From a virus (lineage: Duplodnaviria; Caudoviricetes), in the IMG/VR virus record IMGVR_UViG_3300016643_000249, positions 7,358 to 71,357 of that record: a stretch of DNA of 64,000 nt; one strand, given 5' to 3'. The stretch's first letter is position 1. Every line of letters begins with the position of its first letter. The notes beneath the pieces are model-generated. The model saw only the letters and a list, made by a program, of their open reading frames with translations, had not been told where the DNA came from and did no database searches. Shown here piece after piece: positions 1 through 7,183 of the stretch. Both the position numbers and the translations under genes were made by a program.

Positions 1-86
1 AAGTAAGTAATCACTCACTTACGATGTTGTATGAAAGCAACAAAACTCCAAATAGTCCTTGACATTCCAGGCAACCTCTGTATAAT
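1..86 (+). promoter_or_regulatory. early sigma70 promoter cassette with two upstream palindromes
   Basis: AAGTAAGTAA|TCACTCACTT (1-20), TGTTG-N8-CAACA (25-42), TTGACA 59-64, 16 nt, TATAAT 81-86; GGAG RBS before ATG 114. Confidence 0.85.
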
Positions 87-113
87 GGGTCTTGTTGATT
101 GATTGGAGATACT

Positions 114-356
114 ATGATTAATACCGCTGACCTGAAACCGATGAGTGCCGCTGATGTTCTAAAGCGTTACAAAAACCCTGCTGCTACCATGCCTACTCGC
201 ACCCTTGTTGATATTGAAAAGGAAATTGCGAAGTTGGAATTGGAAGCGGCTTATGCGCTTGCCGTTGAGACCTTTCTGGATTGTGATTATAAAAAGGTGA
301 AGGTTTCAAAGCGTGTTCCAATCGTCCCGAAATATGCTCGCGGAGTTTGCAAATGA
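114..356 (+). CDS. hypothetical phage protein
   Basis: ORF; ATG 114 follows GGAG RBS. Confidence 0.7.
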   Translation: MINTADLKPMSAADVLKRYKNPAATMPTRTLVDIEKEIAKLELEAAYALAVETFLDCDYKKVKVSKRVPIVPKYARGVCK

Positions 357-433
357 TTGTGCTAGAATTCGCTACGCTGTTCCTTGGCTGTACCGCTATT
401 GTGTTAATTATGAAACCTTGGAGTTTAAATTGA
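353..433 (+). CDS. 26-aa hydrophobic micro-protein (MIVLEFATLFLGCTAIVLIMKPWSLN)
   Basis: GGAG 342-345, ATGA overlap with upstream stop, single TM-like stretch. Confidence 0.5.
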   Translation: MIVLEFATLFLGCTAIVLIMKPWSLN

Positions 434-675
434 GAACCAAAGTGATTATTGATGGGTTGAATAATACCCAAAAGTTCCGTGTGATTTTAAACGGAATTAT
501 TATTGGTGATTGTCAGGTGAAGGACCTGATGGCCAACCGCTTTCAGGATGTTACACAGCGGGTTGCGGTCTGGGAATCGCTGATGGATATTGCCATGCGT
601 CGCCGTCATGGTTTGAATATGACCGGCTTTGCTGGTAATAAGCGTGGCTATGATGTTCAGGTGGACTTAGTATGA
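430..675 (+). CDS. hypothetical protein (probable TTG start at 430)
   Basis: GGAG RBS before in-frame TTG 430; avoids long overlap of the 313 start. Confidence 0.6.
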   Translation: MRTKVIIDGLNNTQKFRVILNGIIIGDCQVKDLMANRFQDVTQRVAVWESLMDIAMRRRHGLNMTGFAGNKRGYDVQVDLV

Positions 676-863
676 GCTTTGAAATGTTTACGGAATCAGG
701 CAACAACCTGGTGACCGACCTTGTAAAGATGGCCAAGACCTATGGGCTTGATGATGCCGTGGTGCTTGGTATGATGAGTGCGATTGGTAATAATCCTGAC
801 TTTGCAGAGATTACCGACACCGCAGTCCGTGAAACCGTTGGTATTGAATTAGGATGGTATTAG
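672..863 (+). CDS. hypothetical protein
   Basis: ORF in tightly packed operon. Confidence 0.65.
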   Translation: MSFEMFTESGNNLVTDLVKMAKTYGLDDAVVLGMMSAIGNNPDFAEITDTAVRETVGIELGWY

Positions 864-865
864 TA

Positions 866-979
866 ATGACAAACGAAGAATTGATTAAAACCCTACGGAT
901 TGCCGCAGAGGTTGAAACTAATATTGCTCTGAAAATGTTATTGATGATGGCTGCTGACCGAATTGGAGAGGTGAAATAA
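866..979 (+). CDS. 37-aa hypothetical protein
   Basis: MTNEELIKTLRIAAEVETNIALKMLLMMAADRIGEVK fills gap between neighbours. Confidence 0.55.
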   Translation: MTNEELIKTLRIAAEVETNIALKMLLMMAADRIGEVK

Positions 980-980
980 T

Positions 981-1301
981 ATGATGCTCGTCATTCGCAC
1001 ACAAGACCGAGAGAATTACGCTGCCCACCAAGGGTTCACCGGAGAGTATTACTGGAAGAACAAGGGTGGCTCAGAATATAAGGTTCTGGATGTACCTCTG
1101 AACATTGACCATGCTGCTGTGGTGGATATGGTTCGCTCAGAGATTGAGCAGGACAATGATTACTACCAGACCAGTATTATTGACTGGTCCGTAGAAGCAG
1201 ACGATTACCTGTCCTGGTTTGAAATGAGCCAATTAGAATATGATGGCGAGATAACCTGTAAAGAACCAACCATAGAATATACGGAGATAGCATATGGCTA
1301 G
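981..1301 (+). CDS. hypothetical phage protein
   Basis: ORF with GAGG RBS. Confidence 0.7.
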   Translation: MMLVIRTQDRENYAAHQGFTGEYYWKNKGGSEYKVLDVPLNIDHAAVVDMVRSEIEQDNDYYQTSIIDWSVEADDYLSWFEMSQLEYDGEITCKEPTIEYTEIAYG

Positions 1302-1428
1302 AATAAAAGACCTGGTAATTGAAGTGCTAGAATTATATGAAAACCGAACCCCTCTGGTGGTAATTGCTTCTTATATGGATATGAGCATAGAAGAAGTCCT
1401 GCAAATTGTTGAAATGTATGGCGAATAA
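1294..1428 (+). CDS. 44-aa hypothetical protein
   Basis: MARIKDLVIEVLELYENRTPLVVIASYMDMSIEEVLQIVEMYGE; GGAG RBS. Confidence 0.55.
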   Translation: MARIKDLVIEVLELYENRTPLVVIASYMDMSIEEVLQIVEMYGE

Positions 1429-1581
1429 TAGCGTTGGATACAGTATGGAGGAGTCCTCTACAGCAGGTCTACTTTTGTTCTAGATTCCTTTGCTCGCTGT
1501 TCTTTACCAGCATTTTTCGCTTTTCTATACCAGATTGTCACAAAATTTTTTTCGGCCAGGAATTGGTCATAGGAGTTGATT

Positions 1582-1845
1582 ATGGAATATACTGTTGAGA
1601 TTTACAGAAGGGATGCTCGCCGTAAGACCGGTGAGAAATTGGTACTTACAATAGATTACAAAGATGTGCCAAAGGAGGGCGTAGAGAGGTATTGTCTGGC
1701 TAACTATTCACTCCCTAAGTATCGCTTTGAGATACACGAAACATGGGTAGTAAAGAAAAATCTATTGTCAGGTGAGGAGTTTAAGGAGCGTTATGATACT
1801 CCTTATTATTGTTCACCATCTTCAGAAACTTATTGGAGTATGTAA
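1582..1845 (+). CDS. hypothetical protein
   Basis: AGGAG RBS before ATG 1582. Confidence 0.7.
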   Translation: MEYTVEIYRRDARRKTGEKLVLTIDYKDVPKEGVERYCLANYSLPKYRFEIHETWVVKKNLLSGEEFKERYDTPYYCSPSSETYWSM

Positions 1846-1846
1846 T

Positions 1847-2194
1847 ATGAAGGTTGTAATTAATTCAGATTTTGGTGGGTTTGGTTTATCAGATGAAGCC
1901 ATTCGTGAGTATGGCAAGCGAAAGGGATTAAACTTGGTAGAAGATGGTCCCGATAAGCATGGTTTTACCTACTTTTACATTGGTCAGGTTTCGGATAATA
2001 ATTACTTTTTTGAAAGCGACATTGAACGAAATGATCCAGTATTGGTGGAAATTGTGGAGTTCTTGACACCCCAAAAGGCAGGTAGTCGTTTTGCATCTTT
2101 AAAAGTGGTAGAGATTCCTGATGATGTGGAATGGGAGGTTAAGGAGTATGATGGTGTGGAACATATTGCGGAGGTGCATAGAACATGGCGATAA
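1847..2194 (+). CDS. conserved hypothetical phage protein
   Basis: GGAG RBS; C-terminal VVEIPDDVEW..EYDG.EHIAE.HRTW motif typical of phage proteins. Confidence 0.75.
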   Translation: MKVVINSDFGGFGLSDEAIREYGKRKGLNLVEDGPDKHGFTYFYIGQVSDNNYFFESDIERNDPVLVEIVEFLTPQKAGSRFASLKVVEIPDDVEWEVKEYDGVEHIAEVHRTWR

Positions 2195-2316
2195 TGTATG
2201 GAATTGCGGCGGTTTTGGCGGCGACTTCTCTCATCACGGGAGTTTTACAGCCCCTGATGCTGGGTCTGCTAATTGTGTTTTGTTGTATTCTTTTTGAATG
2301 GGCTACAAATGACTGA
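2194..2316 (+). CDS. 40-aa membrane micro-protein
   Basis: MYGIAAVLAATSLITGVLQPLMLGLLIVFCCILFEWATND; abuts upstream stop. Confidence 0.5.
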   Translation: MYGIAAVLAATSLITGVLQPLMLGLLIVFCCILFEWATND

Positions 2317-2485
2317 TGATTTACTTGCAACACGGAGGCAGTATCGTGCTGTCTATACAAATTGGCCAGTATCGGTAATTGAGGCACATATGATACTGAT
2401 TGATTGTAAAGTGGCAAAAATGCACCCGGATGAAATGATTGAGGCACGGCAATTAATGGATGAAAGGTTGCCTCTTTGGCGGTAG
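2309..2485 (+). CDS. hypothetical protein
   Basis: ORF, ATG 2309. Confidence 0.55.
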   Translation: MTDDLLATRRQYRAVYTNWPVSVIEAHMILIDCKVAKMHPDEMIEARQLMDERLPLWR

Positions 2486-2490
2486 GTTTG

Positions 2491-2499
2491 TGTTATAAT
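2491..2499 (+). promoter_or_regulatory. extended -10 promoter (TGnTATAAT)
   Basis: TGTTATAAT upstream of lipoprotein gene. Confidence 0.55.
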
Positions 2500-2526
2500 G
2501 TTATTTCTTTATTATGGAGTTGTGAA

Positions 2527-3057
2527 ATGAAAAAATTGATTGTTGTAATTGCGGCAGTAATGCTCTCGGCGTGTTCTACCTTCTCACCGAAAAAAGATGA
2601 GCCCAAGGTCAATACTGATTTTATGGGCGGGAATATCAAAGTGTCCTATAGTTTGACCGGCGAGTTTCAATCGCTAACAAGTAGCGGTGTCGCCAAAGTC
2701 ACTAGCAACCTGCCCTCGGCCGTTGATGAGGCATATTTGGTCGCCACACTTCAGGCTCGGAAGCAAATCGTTGAGTTTATGAAAGTTGAAGTGGAGAACA
2801 GTAACTTTATTCGTGCGGTGGCTGAATCTCTCCAAGAGGGTGTCAATACAAACGGTTCGCCTGATAACAAAGTGACCTCAAAGATTGCGACTGAGCTGCA
2901 AGACAACATTAAGCAGCAATCAAAGGCAATTCTGACCGGCACTTATGTATCGGACAAATCATATGATGCCTCTACTCGGTCAGTCAAAGTGGTCATTAAA
3001 ACAGGTGTCAAAGATAACGAAGTAGCAAAACAGGTCTCTCGCATGATGGGTAACTGA
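2527..3057 (+). CDS. lipoprotein (LPP20-like)
   Basis: Signal II with lipobox LSAC; GGAG RBS. Confidence 0.7.
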   Translation: MKKLIVVIAAVMLSACSTFSPKKDEPKVNTDFMGGNIKVSYSLTGEFQSLTSSGVAKVTSNLPSAVDEAYLVATLQARKQIVEFMKVEVENSNFIRAVAESLQEGVNTNGSPDNKVTSKIATELQDNIKQQSKAILTGTYVSDKSYDASTRSVKVVIKTGVKDNEVAKQVSRMMGN

Positions 3058-3058
3058 T

Positions 3059-4033
3059 ATGAAAAAACTAATTGCATTGGTCTGCTTTATGGCAACCAAT
3101 GCGTTAGCTGCGCCGCTCACCTTCACGGCCATGGACATGGTTTCGTTGATTATACAAGGTGTGCGGTTTTCTTTTTCTGATATCGTACCAAAAGAAATTG
3201 TAATCAATGCTTCAGGTACAGGTAAAACAAAAGAAGAAGCAGTCAATAACGCCTTGGTAGTTGCTGTTCAAAAAGGTATCGGTGTATTGGTCGTAACTGA
3301 TGATACGGTCGCCAACGGAAAAGTAACTCGTAACCTTGCGGCTCAGTATTCATCTGGTGTGGTCAATTCGTATGGTGTAATTCGTTGCAATTCTTTAGGA
3401 ACTATTCAATGTGAAATACAAGCAAAAGTGTCACCATGGAAATTTCAGCGTCAATTACTTGCCAATACCAATGCAGTCAAAGTGAACGGCGATGACCTCC
3501 ATGCACAACACATGACCATGCAGTATGCCCTGGTTCAGCGAGTAAAACTAACACAGTATTATTTCTCACAATTGCAACATTCTGGTTTGGAAGTAAAAGT
3601 CAAAAGCATTAAGATGATGCCTACGATGAGTGATACTGCTACGCTTTTGTTGGACTATGAAGTGCGTATGAACCCTGAGTTTAAGAAGAACTTTATATCA
3701 TTTTTAGAAAAACTGGAGAAAGACACAAATGGAAGAACTGAAGAAAATTACAGAACCTATATTCAATGGGGTCCAACTGGCTTATATGAAAATCGGGTAT
3801 TCATTAATGCTTACAATGCGAATTTTAGGTCTATGATGAATTCATACCTTTCGGCACCAATCTCTGTTGGCATTAAAGAGCTGGGTGTATGTGAGAGGTT
3901 TGATGTACCAGGTGGAAATGTAATGACCGTTGATTGGTATGGTTTCAATAAACAACGGACAATTGAGGTGCCTGCAAATGCCTTGAAAAAGTTAAATAAC
4001 ATAACACTTACGGTAGGATGTAATGAAACTTAG
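3059..4033 (+). CDS. secreted/periplasmic protein
   Basis: Signal peptide MKKLIALVCFMATNALA; G.T.EEAVNNAL motif as in LPP20-associated proteins. Confidence 0.7.
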   Translation: MKKLIALVCFMATNALAAPLTFTAMDMVSLIIQGVRFSFSDIVPKEIVINASGTGKTKEEAVNNALVVAVQKGIGVLVVTDDTVANGKVTRNLAAQYSSGVVNSYGVIRCNSLGTIQCEIQAKVSPWKFQRQLLANTNAVKVNGDDLHAQHMTMQYALVQRVKLTQYYFSQLQHSGLEVKVKSIKMMPTMSDTATLLLDYEVRMNPEFKKNFISFLEKLEKDTNGRTEENYRTYIQWGPTGLYENRVFINAYNANFRSMMNSYLSAPISVGIKELGVCERFDVPGGNVMTVDWYGFNKQRTIEVPANALKKLNNITLTVGCNET

Positions 4034-4241
4034 TTGTAAAATTAAATGGGTTGCTACGGTCGTCACACTTGCTGGTGCCATAGCAACCGCTTTGATGTAT
4101 GACCCACTTAACATTTACTTGTTAAACCTTGGTGCTTTCTTGTTTTTGATTTGGGGTTTTATGATTAAAGACAAAGCAATGATTACAGTAAATGCTGGTC
4201 TTTTGTTTATCTACATTATTGGAATTATGGTGAGAATATGA
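4023..4241 (+). CDS. small membrane protein
   Basis: Three hydrophobic segments. Confidence 0.65.
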   Translation: MKLSCKIKWVATVVTLAGAIATALMYDPLNIYLLNLGAFLFLIWGFMIKDKAMITVNAGLLFIYIIGIMVRI

Positions 4242-4468
4242 ATAGCGTTTTTGTATTAATGATTATCACAGCAAATGGTGTTGTTGAAGCACCAAATGCT
4301 TTTAAATCACTAGCAGATTGTCAAGCTGTTGTTCAGCGTGTTCAAAGAGAAACTTATTGTGTTGAAAAGAAACCGGTTGATGTTCAAAAGGAAATGAATA
4401 CTTTTTTAGCATTGTTTAAGTCAATGCAGAGGCAGATGGAAAATGATTTCGCTAAAGATACAAAATAA
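4238..4468 (+). CDS. hypothetical protein
   Basis: ATGA overlap; N-terminal hydrophobic stretch, two Cys. Confidence 0.65.
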   Translation: MNSVFVLMIITANGVVEAPNAFKSLADCQAVVQRVQRETYCVEKKPVDVQKEMNTFLALFKSMQRQMENDFAKDTK

Positions 4469-4601
4469 AAAACCTCGCAATTTCGTAGCGAAGGATTTGT
4501 TCAGTCCTAAATATAAGCTTCGTGTAGTAAAAAGCAAGAAGAAATACAATAGGCAGTTGGACAAATCCTCACTACGAAAGGAAGTTTATGCAGCAGCCTG
4601 A
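4443..4601 (+). CDS. ArfA-like (alternative ribosome rescue factor A) basic 52-aa protein ending in YAAA
   Basis: MISLKIQNKKPRNFVAKDLFSPKYKLRVVKSKKKYNRQLDKSSLRKEVYAAA matches the ArfA pattern N..L..P.(F/Y)..RV.K.KK..Y.R but lacks GKGS; not in ORF track. Confidence 0.6.
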   Translation: MISLKIQNKKPRNFVAKDLFSPKYKLRVVKSKKKYNRQLDKSSLRKEVYAAA

Positions 4602-4992
4602 AGATAAAAAGTCACATGAATTTGATGGCATCTATTTTTTACCTTACGAAGATGAAAAAGAAGAAGGGCTTTTAATATCATATTTTGATTTTAAGAATGA
4701 AATGGCAGACGGAACACCAATTGAAGGAACTGCCATAGGACCAAAATATCATATTGCCTTTTTCAAACAAGGTGAAGATGGAATGCCGGTATTTGATGAA
4801 ACATTTGAGGCAATTCTTGGTGACCCTGGCAAATACATTCAGAACCTTACCGGTGCCGGAGTGTATGGTTGTGTGGTAAAAAAGACAAACAAATCACAAA
4901 AATGGTTTGAAGATTACCTCAATCGCACATTAAATCATATTACAATGAAGAAGATGGTCGGTTGTTTGAAGTCAATTTTAGAAACTAAATGA
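4588..4992 (+). CDS. hypothetical protein
   Basis: AAGGA RBS, 134 aa ORF. Confidence 0.75.
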   Translation: MQQPEDKKSHEFDGIYFLPYEDEKEEGLLISYFDFKNEMADGTPIEGTAIGPKYHIAFFKQGEDGMPVFDETFEAILGDPGKYIQNLTGAGVYGCVVKKTNKSQKWFEDYLNRTLNHITMKKMVGCLKSILETK

Positions 4993-5008
4993 TGAAAGTG
5001 AGTATATT

Positions 5009-5689
5009 ATGCCTAATTGGTGCAACAATACATTTGAACTGGTAGCTCCGAAAGAAAAGATTCGTGAGTTTGAAACTTTTCTAAACGAAAAAAATGGTAA
5101 AGATTGGTTTGATTTCTTTGCTCCATGTCCACAAGAACTTAAAGATGTTGGTGATGTATCTGTTCATCACACCGATGAGCAATTGCTAGAAAAATATGGA
5201 TACTCTGATTGGTATTCGTTTGGTCTTGGTGAATGGGGTTGTAAATGGAACTGTGATGCAAACGATTGGACAGTAAGTGAGTATGATGATGAAAACCTAA
5301 GCATCAATTTTTGGTTTGATTCGCCGTGGGGACCACCAGAAAATTTGTATCAAAACATTAGTAATGGCAATTTTGGCGAAGATTTGAATGTGTTTGCTGA
5401 ATGGCATGAAGAAGGAATGTGTTTCGTTGGTCGCTTTCAGTATGGTGATAGTGAAAATTATGAATATTCTGACCTTGATTCGCTTGATGAAATCCCGGAA
5501 GACCTGTTAGACAACTGGAATATCCGTGAAATGCTTGAAGAGCGTGCAGAATGGGACGAAGAAGAAGAATTGGAAGAGATTGCTGAAGAATTTGATTCGC
5601 TTTCCGATGATTCCAAGCAAAAAGTTTTAGATGAGTTGAAAGAAGAACTAGCAAAAAGTGATGAAACACCTAAAAAGTGGCCAAATTAA
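5009..5689 (+). CDS. DUF1281/YubB ferredoxin-like domain protein
   Basis: MPNWC.N start, WG.KW, F.F.SPWGPP motifs; acidic tail. Confidence 0.75.
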   Translation: MPNWCNNTFELVAPKEKIREFETFLNEKNGKDWFDFFAPCPQELKDVGDVSVHHTDEQLLEKYGYSDWYSFGLGEWGCKWNCDANDWTVSEYDDENLSINFWFDSPWGPPENLYQNISNGNFGEDLNVFAEWHEEGMCFVGRFQYGDSENYEYSDLDSLDEIPEDLLDNWNIREMLEERAEWDEEEELEEIAEEFDSLSDDSKQKVLDELKEELAKSDETPKKWPN

Positions 5690-5704
5690 TTGAAGGAGTT
5701 GATA

Positions 5705-5980
5705 ATGGCAAGTGAAATTGATACAAAAGAAGGTCGTGAGTGGTTAAAAGGTCTGCTTCGTGAGCGTGAAGTGACAATTTTCTTTACAAAAAAAGACGGA
5801 ACTGAGAGAGAAATGCTCTGCACTCTTTCGGAAAATAAAATTCCGTCTGAAAAAACGCCAAAAAACAGCGGAAAGTCAAAATCTGATGATGCACTTGCTG
5901 TTTTTGATGTGAAAAAAAGTGATTGGCGCAGTTTCCGCTGGGATTCTGTGAAAAAAGTTGAGTTTTCTATTGGAGAATGA
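5705..5980 (+). CDS. WYL_2/SH3-like phage protein
   Basis: VTIFFTKKDGTEREMLCTL ... AVFDV....WRSFRWDSV. Confidence 0.75.
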   Translation: MASEIDTKEGREWLKGLLREREVTIFFTKKDGTEREMLCTLSENKIPSEKTPKNSGKSKSDDALAVFDVKKSDWRSFRWDSVKKVEFSIGE

Positions 5981-5984
5981 AAAA

Positions 5985-6293
5985 ATGAGTGAAAAAAAGC
6001 GTTTTGCAGTTGAATCTTTGTCAACTTTTGCTGAAGTTCATATAGTTTATGCTGAAAATGAAGAAGAAGCAAAAAGAATTGCTGAAAATTCTGACTACAA
6101 TATGTCAAAATGGCTTGGCCAACAAATAATTCGTGTTCGTGATTGCGGAAATAAGCAAATTGAACGCTATTGCAAAGAAGATGAGTATTTTTTCACAGGC
6201 GCTGCACAAATTAACAAAGACGGTTATCTTGTTTACACAGACCTTGACGGGGAAATTGTAAATGAAGCAATGCCAAAAGAATTTTTAGGATAA
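5985..6293 (+). CDS. hypothetical protein
   Basis: GGAG RBS, ATG 5985. Confidence 0.7.
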   Translation: MSEKKRFAVESLSTFAEVHIVYAENEEEAKRIAENSDYNMSKWLGQQIIRVRDCGNKQIERYCKEDEYFFTGAAQINKDGYLVYTDLDGEIVNEAMPKEFLG

Positions 6294-6299
6294 TTTTTA

Positions 6300-6324
6300 G
6301 CTCCGTTAGTTAAATGGTATAACA
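6300..6324 (+). pseudogene. tRNA 5' remnant (acceptor 5' strand + D arm)
   Basis: GCTCCGT-TA-GTTA-AATGGTA-TAAC-A then abrupt loss of tRNA pattern. Confidence 0.55.
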
Positions 6325-6352
6325 CTTAAAAAATATAAATAGTTATACCATT
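6313..6352 (+). promoter_or_regulatory. hairpin enclosing a T4 late promoter ahead of the HNH RBS
   Basis: AATGGTATAAC (6313-23) / GTTATACCATT (6342-52) perfect 11 bp; TATAAATA 6334-41. Confidence 0.7.
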
Positions 6353-6367
6353 AAGAGGTTTTAAAAT

Positions 6368-6769
6368 ATGAGTAAAAAATTAACATTCAGTTGTTTAAGT
6401 TGTAAAAAAGAACATACAACATTGAACAAATATTCAAACAAAAATTTATTTTGTTCTATACAATGCCAACAAGATTATTTAATGGATGAAAGAGTTAAAA
6501 GTGGTAAAGCAAAACCCAGAACATTAAAAAAATTCCTGATACGAAATCATGGAAATAAATGTTGGACTTGCGGTATACTAGAGTGGAATAATAAACCAAT
6601 TGTTATGGAATTGGAACATATTGATGGCAATTCTGAAAATAACGATTTAAAAAATTTATCTTTAATATGTCCAAATTGTCATTCACAAACACCAACATAT
6701 AAAGCAAAAAATGTAGGAAAGGGCCGACATTCTAGGAGAATGAGATATGCGGCCGGAAAAAGTTTTTAG
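6368..6769 (+). CDS. HNH homing endonuclease
   Basis: CxxC pairs, ELEHIDGNSENN...L.LICPNCHSQT HNH motif; very AT rich. Confidence 0.9.
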   Translation: MSKKLTFSCLSCKKEHTTLNKYSNKNLFCSIQCQQDYLMDERVKSGKAKPRTLKKFLIRNHGNKCWTCGILEWNNKPIVMELEHIDGNSENNDLKNLSLICPNCHSQTPTYKAKNVGKGRHSRRMRYAAGKSF

Positions 6770-6843
6770 CCTTCAAAACATAGGTAGCGATGTACCCGCC
6801 TTGTAAGCGGGAAAGTTCGGCGCAAATCCGGATGAAGGCACCA
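6769..6843 (+). tRNA. tRNA-Thr(UGU), non-canonical (A8, T-loop CGCAAAT)
   Basis: GCCTTCA/TGAAGGC acceptor, ACAT/ATGT D stem, CCCGC-CT TGT AA-GCGGG, encoded CCA. Confidence 0.8.
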
Positions 6844-6847
6844 AATA

Positions 6848-6924
6848 CGGAGTTTAGCGCAGCCTGGTAGCGCATCTGCTTTGGGAGCAGAGGGTCGCAG
6901 GTTCAAATCCTGCAACTCCGACCA
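6848..6924 (+). tRNA. tRNA-Pro(UGG)
   Basis: Canonical cloverleaf, TCTGC-TT TGG GA-GCAGA, TTCAAAT, CCA. Confidence 0.95.
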
Positions 6925-6928
6925 ATCT

Positions 6929-7013
6929 GCGAAAGTGGTGGAACTGGTATACACACAGCACTTAAAATGCTGCGCCTTAGGGATTGAGGGTTCAAATCCC
7001 TCCTTTCGCACCA
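6929..7013 (+). tRNA. tRNA-Leu(UAA)
   Basis: CAGCA-CT TAA AA-TGCTG, long variable arm, CCA. Confidence 0.95.
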
Positions 7014-7015
7014 AA

Positions 7016-7090
7016 CTGACCGTGGTGAAATGGATATCACAGTAGCCTTCTAAGCTTCTATTCCGGGTTCAATTCCTGGCGGTCGGACCA
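7016..7090 (+). tRNA. tRNA-Arg(UCU)
   Basis: CTGACCG/CGGTCGG acceptor, CT TCT AA loop, TTCAATT, CCA. Confidence 0.92.
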
Positions 7091-7093
7091 AAT

Positions 7094-7168
7094 GGGCGAG
7101 TAGCTTAATGGTAAAGCAGGCGACTCATAATCGCTTGAGTGTGGGTTCAATTCCTACCTCGCCCACCA
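7094..7168 (+). tRNA. tRNA-Ile2(CAU) (lysidine type; Met not excluded)
   Basis: GGCGA-CT CAT AA-TCGCT anticodon arm as in E. coli ileX; CCA. Confidence 0.9.
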
Positions 7169-7175
7169 TAACTCT

Positions 7176-7183
7176 TATAAATA
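7176..7183 (+). promoter_or_regulatory. T4-type late promoter
   Basis: TATAAATA. Confidence 0.7.

Noticed and set aside
25-42. TGTTG-N8-CAACA as a LexA, CRP or FNR box
   Set aside because: It does not fit CTGT-N8-ACAG, TGTGA-N6-TCACA or TTGAT-N4-ATCAA.
313-429. 5' extension of ORF 313..675
   Set aside because: It overlaps two better-supported ORFs; an RBS supports TTG 430.
6300-6843. Intron-split tRNA with halves flanking the HNH
   Set aside because: The downstream tRNA is complete with its own 5' half, and no 3' half complementary to GCTCCGT follows the HNH.
6766-7014. 82-aa minus-strand ORF
   Set aside because: Antisense shadow of tRNA genes.
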